A stretch of DNA of 31,877 nucleotides from Candidatus Micrarchaeaceae archaeon (lineage in GTDB: Archaea; Micrarchaeota; Micrarchaeia; Micrarchaeales; CABMGC01), in NCBI GenBank assembly GCA_038873795.1, contig JAVZDR010000005.1, forward strand, positions 1 through 31,877. Direction: 5' to 3'. The position numbers and the translations under genes were made by a program. How positions within the stretch are numbered: position 1 is the stretch's first letter; the number at the start of each line of letters is the position of its first letter. Positions 26,552-31,877 of this stretch are shown here, one piece after another. The notes under the pieces were generated by a model, which saw only the letters and a program-made list of their open reading frames with translations, did not search any database and was not told where the DNA came from.

Positions 26552-27298
26552 ATGGAATACGACCTTAAAACTGTTATGGGTATAATAGATCATAGTGGGC
26601 TTAAGGGATATGCGAGCGAGGCTGATACCCAAAAGCTCATTGACGAAGCTCACGAGTTCGGGAACTTTGCAGTATGCATAGAACCTGTCCATATGAACTT
26701 TGCAACCGATTACATAAAGCGCATGGGATACAACATAAAGGTAGACGTGGTCCTTGACTTCCCATTGGGCGCATCGTATACCGAAGCAAGGGTGGAGCTT
26801 GCAAAACTCTATGCCAAGACTGCCGACGAGATAGATATAGTCTCACCTATCGCCCTCGTAAAATCAGGCAAGTGGGATGCAGTGAAAAACGACATAAATG
26901 CGATTGTCAAGGCTGTCCACGATGCGGGGAAGATAATAAAAGTGATAGTTGAAGATGCCTATACAACAAAAGAGGAGAAGCTGAAACTGTATGAGATAGT
27001 TTGTAAGTCTGGAGCTGACTTCATCAAAACTGGTACAGGCTTTGAGGAGAAAGATTACCCAGCATCCCTTGGCAACAAAACCGGAGCGCAGGTGGAGAAT
27101 GTCCTGCTAATGAAGCAGGTAGCCGACAAGTTTAATCCCAGAATAGGCATAAAGGTTGCCGGGGGCATACACACATATGCAGCTGTTAAGGCACTGATAG
27201 AGGCATCAGGAAGAGCTCCAGATCCAAGCAAGTTCAGGGTTGGTGCGAGCGGCACAAGGAAGATATATGATGAACTAAAACTCATGAAAATTATATGA
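26552..27298 (+). CDS. deoC: Deoxyribose-phosphate aldolase
   Basis: IDHSGLK, AVCIEP, VLDFPLG, ADEIDIV, KVIVE, Schiff-base GADFIKTGTGF, IKVAGGIH, RVGASG. ATG follows GGTGA. Confidence 0.93.
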   Translation: MEYDLKTVMGIIDHSGLKGYASEADTQKLIDEAHEFGNFAVCIEPVHMNFATDYIKRMGYNIKVDVVLDFPLGASYTEARVELAKLYAKTADEIDIVSPIALVKSGKWDAVKNDINAIVKAVHDAGKIIKVIVEDAYTTKEEKLKLYEIVCKSGADFIKTGTGFEEKDYPASLGNKTGAQVENVLLMKQVADKFNPRIGIKVAGGIHTYAAVKALIEASGRAPDPSKFRVGASGTRKIYDELKLMKII

Positions 27299-27657
27299 AG
27301 AAGCTTAGGATATATATTGCAGGACCTTATACTCCGTCGGGAGCCGAGCTGGCAGACGCGTCGAGGATAGCGAACCAGAATGTAAAAAAAGCCATAGACG
27401 CAGCTATAGCGCTGATAAAGAAAGGTCACATACCGCTTGTCCCTGTGCTGCATCACTTCATAAGGATAGAATCGGATGTGCAGCTACCTTCCGATTATTT
27501 CTTCCAGTATGACCTTGCGCTCCTTCATGAATCAGACGCATTCCTGTACCTTGGAAAGTCACCAGGAGTGGACAAGGAGCTAGAGGAAGGCAAGAAGATA
27601 AATCCAAACATGCTCATCTTTTACTCTGTCGAAGATATAGGCTCAGCAACAGAATAG
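27295..27657 (+). CDS. Nucleoside 2-deoxyribosyltransferase / RCL-like fold protein (DUF4406/DUF1937-like), putative dNMP N-glycosidase
   Basis: IYIAGPY...YDLALLHESDAF...SPGVDKE. ATGA overlap with the deoC stop. Confidence 0.72.
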   Translation: MKKLRIYIAGPYTPSGAELADASRIANQNVKKAIDAAIALIKKGHIPLVPVLHHFIRIESDVQLPSDYFFQYDLALLHESDAFLYLGKSPGVDKELEEGKKINPNMLIFYSVEDIGSATE

Positions 27658-27680
27658 CTAGTGTAGAAGTTTGCGATCAG

Positions 27681-27727
27681 GCCTATCTCTTTTTCTATGT
27701 TGTCTATAGAAGATATAGCCGATAGGC
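27681..27727. terminator. Long imperfect hairpin between convergent genes
   Basis: GCCTATC...GATAGGC arms enclosing TTTTCTATG/TATAGAAGA. Confidence 0.3.
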
Positions 27728-27806
27728 AGCATTACGTTATTTTTCATGAAATAAGTGCAGAAATATGCGGCTAGCTCGGACTACAGGTTTTTAGGATGCG
27801 ATGAAG

Positions 27807-28058
27807 TCAGCTGCCTATAGCCTTCTTCAATTCTTTTGCAAATACATCGTCATGCTTTACCAGCCACGCGATAAGCAGCGCAGCATGCTCCTTCTCGTCA
27901 TCCCTGTTGTACTTGAGGACTTTTGCAAGGCTCTCGTCCTTTGTTGCATCCACCCTTTCGTCATACCACATCATAGCCTGCAGCTCCTCTACAAGGGATT
28001 GCCTTGCTCTATTGATATTCTTCGTCTTTTCACTGATATCCTTGTTTTCTTCGTACAT
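27807..28058 (-). CDS. Encapsulated-ferritin (EncFtn/Flp)-like protein, 83 aa
   Basis: RARQSLVEELQAMMWYDERVDATKDESLAKVLKYNRDDEKEHAALLIAWL matches the EncFtn pattern EELEAxxWYxQR...NRDEEKEHA. ATG lies 4 bp after the PCNA stop. Confidence 0.85.
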   Translation of the reverse strand: MYEENKDISEKTKNINRARQSLVEELQAMMWYDERVDATKDESLAKVLKYNRDDEKEHAALLIAWLVKHDDVFAKELKKAIGS

Positions 28059-28062
28059 ACAA

Positions 28063-28806
28063 TCAGCTTTCAATATAAGGCGCAAGATAATACGTTACAG
28101 AAGCGTCGCCTATGTTGTAGCTGAGCTTGAGCGGTTCGCTTGTTTTAAGGTACATTGCTACGGTATTGCCCATTGGGCATGCCCTTACCATATTCTCGAG
28201 GTATTCAAGGTTGAATGTGGCTTCTGCAGTCTTGCTAACCTCTAGCTTTTTTATTATTTGGCCATTGGCCTCGTTCAATTCCTCGAGTTCGCCGGAATCA
28301 CCATGTGCCGTTATGGTTAGCCCCTCCTTTGTCGCCTTGAACATAATATACGAAGAGATGAGCCCTGCATCCTTTATAATTTCCTTCAGAGGGTCGCCAA
28401 AAATTTCTGATGCTGCATCGAAGCTCACATTTGGCTCCTTCTCAACGCCCTTTCTCACATCTATAAGCTGCAGCCTGTATCTTCTTTTGCCGGCCTGCCC
28501 TGCAAATTCAAGGAGAAGCTTGCCATTCGAATCCTTCATAAGAAGGGATTCATCATCCCTCGTCCTTGAGAGGATTTTGCTGAGGTTTTCAAGGTTCAGC
28601 CCTATTGTGGTCTCCTTGTCAATCTCGAATTTCTCAAATGCCTTCTTGGGCATGTTGAAAGAGACCATGCTTATGCTTGATGGGTCCATGGCCTTAAGGC
28701 TTATCCCATCGCTGTTTATTACAAAGGACCCTTCATCGATGAGATTTACTATCGCTTCAACACAACTTTTCCAGTATTTCGCATTTGCCAGCTTTATTTC
28801 GAACAT
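28063..28806 (-). CDS. pcn: DNA polymerase sliding clamp PCNA
   Basis: NLIDEGSF...GISLKAMDPSSISMV, FNLEYL, PLKLSY, YYLAP. Confidence 0.96.
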   Translation of the reverse strand: MFEIKLANAKYWKSCVEAIVNLIDEGSFVINSDGISLKAMDPSSISMVSFNMPKKAFEKFEIDKETTIGLNLENLSKILSRTRDDESLLMKDSNGKLLLEFAGQAGKRRYRLQLIDVRKGVEKEPNVSFDAASEIFGDPLKEIIKDAGLISSYIMFKATKEGLTITAHGDSGELEELNEANGQIIKKLEVSKTAEATFNLEYLENMVRACPMGNTVAMYLKTSEPLKLSYNIGDASVTYYLAPYIES

Positions 28807-29022
28807 TCAACCCCCTAGAGCATAAAACGCAAGCGATAAAACCGCATTATCAAGCAATCATATTCGCTAAAAATATTTAAACATTCGCATGACTGGTTTT
28901 TAGGGACTTCGTGCCATATGCAGCGCAAAGCGCAGCTGGCGCCAATATACGCCACATATCTCTATATTTATATTTTGCCTACAATATCAAAGCAAAAATA
29001 AAAATGTATAGCGCTTGTATCT

Positions 29023-29811
29023 ATGATAGGCATAATTTTTTCTACAGAAGACATTGCAGCATCTAACATTGCCAATTCGATAATAGAGAGAAGTGGCTTT
29101 GCTGCATACGGCAATGCAAAATGGAAGAAAGGGGAAATTGAAGTGGTACAGCTGCATACCCCTCTTATTTATGCGGAGCAACTTAATGACAGCGGCTACG
29201 AAATCCTGTATATGCTGAGCAAGCACAGCAGTACGGTCGGCATTCCAGCTTTTACAACACATTCAACTGGCAACTGGCTTGATGAGGCAAAGCTCGGCGG
29301 CTCGCCAAGGCAGCTTTCTGTTGCTGCGCCGTTGCAGATGCTCTCTATACTCAGAGAAATGTCAGGCATCAGTGCATCTGTGGCCGCAACATATGAGGCG
29401 ACACACCACGGGCCCCTGCTCAAGATACCATCTTTGTTTGTGGAGCTTGGCGGAAATGAGAAAATAGTAAATGATAAGGCCCTTGCAGAAAGACTGGGCG
29501 ATGCAATAATATCATCAATATATGCACTGAAAAATGGCAGGGCTGACTACAGTTGCGTGGCAATTGGTATAGGTGGCACGCACTACCCAAGCAAATTTAC
29601 AAGGCTGGCTCTTGAAAAGGGCTATGCTTTTTCACATATAATGCCTAAATATGTCATAGGCGGCGGGCTGGGCACGCTAGATCAGACGCTTGAAAGATCG
29701 ACTATAAAGCCAGAAAAAGCTGTGATAGAATGGAAAAGTATAAATGCTGTTGCTAGGGAAGATGTAATAGCTAAACTTAATGAGTTGGGCATCGATTATG
29801 AGAAAATATAG
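29023..29811 (+). CDS. dtdA: D-aminoacyl-tRNA deacylase (archaeal DTD2)
   Basis: DIAASNI, LSKHSS, FTTHSTGN, YEATHHGP, FVELG, GIGGTHY, SHIMPKY. Confidence 0.93.
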   Translation: MIGIIFSTEDIAASNIANSIIERSGFAAYGNAKWKKGEIEVVQLHTPLIYAEQLNDSGYEILYMLSKHSSTVGIPAFTTHSTGNWLDEAKLGGSPRQLSVAAPLQMLSILREMSGISASVAATYEATHHGPLLKIPSLFVELGGNEKIVNDKALAERLGDAIISSIYALKNGRADYSCVAIGIGGTHYPSKFTRLALEKGYAFSHIMPKYVIGGGLGTLDQTLERSTIKPEKAVIEWKSINAVAREDVIAKLNELGIDYEKI

Positions 29812-31789
29812 CGTGTTAATCTCAATCGCTATTTTGGTGCTTACCACAACTGCAAATGCCCAGTATTGGTTCCAGACCGGTGCAAGGGCCGGGAGCGATG
29901 CAGCGCAAAACAACGGCGCAAGCGTAACCATTCAAACAGTAAAGCAGCCGATTCCTGCAGAAGGGTCGCTAGGCTTCTGGGTTGGCGAGACTCTCTCTAA
30001 CGGAGCGTTTCTGCAGGTGGGCTACCTGATAGAAAACCAATCCGGCAATTACCCTTCTTTGTGCACAATCTCCGGCTGCTCAAGCTACGAGCATATAAAT
30101 GCTGGCGACGCTGAATGGTTCTATGAATATTTTCCACCAAACTACAATGGTGGCTTTCTCGGAGCAATAGGTCCTGATAATTCAGCAGGGGTAAATGGAA
30201 CATTCAATACATACTCTTTCTATTCAATAGGCAATACTTGGTATTTCTTATTCAACGGCAATGTGGTTGGCAGCGCAGACCTCGGCGCATCCTCTTCGGG
30301 CAGCCTTTTGCCTGTGGCATTTGCTGAGGTTGCAAACACAAGCACATCTTCAGCATATATAAATCCCGTTATATTTTCCAATTTCTCTGTTTATAAAGAG
30401 GGCCGCTTTCTAAGCGTCCCGAAAGGCTATGCATATATAGGATATGGCGTTGGAAGCGAGAAGGCACTAAAAAATCCATATGGCGTAAAAGAAATAGACG
30501 ATAGGGTAAATTACTTCGAGGTGGGGAGCGGCCTTCCCCAACCAGCAAATGGCACAATGCTATGGTCCCTTGGCTACTCACTGCACATAGTCTCGCAGTA
30601 TGCAAACATATCCAGGGCAACGCAGTACGCCGCATATTCACAGGTACAAATATCAGCGCCAAGCATGGTCCAGATAGGCGATGGCAAGAGGGCAATCTTC
30701 TTGGGCTGGGTTGGCTCTGGCTACGGCTCTTATACGGGTCCAGCAAACACAACAATAATAGCCCTAGATAGCAACATAACGGAAGAAGCTGAATGGTCAG
30801 TCCAGTACTATCTCAACGTCTCTTCAGCATACAGCAACACTACAGGAAGCGGATGGTACAACAATGGCACAGTGCTCCAATATAGCACAAAGGCATCAAC
30901 TTTCTACCAGAATGCAACATCTAGGTTTGTATTCACAGGATGGAGCAACGGCAACACCAATACCACAGGCATAATAAAGGTGACAAGCCCGACAACGCTG
31001 AAGGCCATATGGCAGCACGAATTTTACGTAAATGCCACATCTTCATATCCATACATAGGAATATACGGCTCAGGCTGGTACAATGCAGGCACACTCATAA
31101 CCCTCTATCCTATGAAGACGATTGAAAATGTGTCAAACACAGAAAGGTATGCATTTGCAGGATGGAGCAACGGAAATGAGAGCCCAACAATACACTTGGT
31201 CGTTAATTCCCCAGTAAGCATAGAAGCTCTGTTCAGCAAGCAGGTTATGATCTCGCTTATGGCCGCAAACGCAGGCGGCAGCCCGATAAGCGTGAGCCGC
31301 TTTTATCTCAATGGCAAGGAAACAGGAAGCAAAGTATTTGTTTCATCAAATGAAAGTTATGAGATAACTGGCGCATATTATAATGGCGTGCAGATACCAC
31401 TAAGCCAGCAGTTCACTGCTTCTGCGCCATCTACCATTCAGGTCCAGCTGCCCGTATATCCAATAACCATAGTTGTGCATGATGCATTTGGAAGCCCAAT
31501 AAGCACAAACGTGACGCTGCAGTTCTCCAACTACAGCATAGAAACGCTAACAACGAACAGCAGCGGCGTCGCAACAATTGAGAATGTGCCATACGGCTAT
31601 TCAAAGGGCTATGCAAAGTACCTAGGCATAGAATACCCTATTGAGACATCGGCCGGTGCTACATCTGCAACAATAACAGTATTCTCAGCGTACAACATAG
31701 GAGAGATACTCGCTGTGATAATCATAATAGCAATAGCATACTTTGCCTCAAAGAGACACTTCAGGAGCAGCGGTATAAAGCCTCAATAG
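29798..31789 (+). CDS. Secreted, C-terminally anchored protein with a G1 glutamic-peptidase-like N-terminal domain and repeated beta domains
   Basis: Signal peptide (TANA|Q). FWVG...LQVG...WFYEYFP...FAE pattern. Repeats of GSGWYxxG...FxGWSNG. Many sequons. C-terminal TM followed by a basic tail. Confidence 0.7.
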   Translation: MRKYSVLISIAILVLTTTANAQYWFQTGARAGSDAAQNNGASVTIQTVKQPIPAEGSLGFWVGETLSNGAFLQVGYLIENQSGNYPSLCTISGCSSYEHINAGDAEWFYEYFPPNYNGGFLGAIGPDNSAGVNGTFNTYSFYSIGNTWYFLFNGNVVGSADLGASSSGSLLPVAFAEVANTSTSSAYINPVIFSNFSVYKEGRFLSVPKGYAYIGYGVGSEKALKNPYGVKEIDDRVNYFEVGSGLPQPANGTMLWSLGYSLHIVSQYANISRATQYAAYSQVQISAPSMVQIGDGKRAIFLGWVGSGYGSYTGPANTTIIALDSNITEEAEWSVQYYLNVSSAYSNTTGSGWYNNGTVLQYSTKASTFYQNATSRFVFTGWSNGNTNTTGIIKVTSPTTLKAIWQHEFYVNATSSYPYIGIYGSGWYNAGTLITLYPMKTIENVSNTERYAFAGWSNGNESPTIHLVVNSPVSIEALFSKQVMISLMAANAGGSPISVSRFYLNGKETGSKVFVSSNESYEITGAYYNGVQIPLSQQFTASAPSTIQVQLPVYPITIVVHDAFGSPISTNVTLQFSNYSIETLTTNSSGVATIENVPYGYSKGYAKYLGIEYPIETSAGATSATITVFSAYNIGEILAVIIIIAIAYFASKRHFRSSGIKPQ

Positions 31790-31834
31790 CAGCGCAAACT
31801 ATTTAGCACTATCATTCGATAGAGGTCTGATTCA

Positions 31835-31877
31835 ATGCCCAAGTCGCCAATGTTGAGCAAGGATGAAGTTGAGAAGC
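31835..31877 (+). CDS. 5' start of a gene running off the right edge (MPKSPMLSKDEVEK...)
   Basis: TATTTAG box near 31800, GAGGT RBS-like sequence, and an open frame to the window end. Confidence 0.4.
   Translation, partial: MPKSPMLSKDEVEK

Noticed and set aside
28127..28825. Long antisense ORFs (this 232-aa one and many others in the track)
   Set aside because: They are shadows of well-supported genes on the opposite strand, with no independent motifs.

Overview
Archaeal chromosomal segment, most consistent with a DPANN lineage such as Micrarchaeota. This is an inference from archaeal informational genes (TFE, GINS, L44e, aIF2alpha, PCNA, DTD2), GGTGA-type RBSs, TTTA(T/A)A promoters and a bacterial-type gyrBA. 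Bases ~1800-31877 are mostly housekeeping and fermentative-metabolism genes: TauE exporter, wHTH protein, surface protein, Lhr, gyrBA, ArcE-like ATPase, three tRNAs (Lys-CTT, iMet, Gly-CCC), TFE, GINS-L44e-aIF2a-PAC2, malic enzyme, Mre11, acdAB, GAPN, MFS-deoC-NDT/RCL-like operon, EncFtn-like ferritin, PCNA, DTD2 and a G1-peptidase-like surface protein. The first ~1.8 kb is a scrambled accessory patch containing a 77-bp duplication, an isolated degenerate 16S rRNA 3' end, an orphan ORF, a membrane ATPase pseudogene and a cas-less three-repeat CRISPR mini-array. Best candidates for undescribed biology: (i) a transporter + DeoC + RCL-type N-glycosidase operon next to GAPN and ACD, suggesting a shortcut deoxynucleotide-scavenging pathway; (ii) a structured, omegaRNA-like element ending in an IS200/IS605 right end that sits at the aIF2alpha 3' end with no tnpA/tnpB in the window; (iii) the orphan mini-array / 16S-fragment patch; (iv) a ~35-bp operator-like motif shared by the orphan ORF and TFE promoters.
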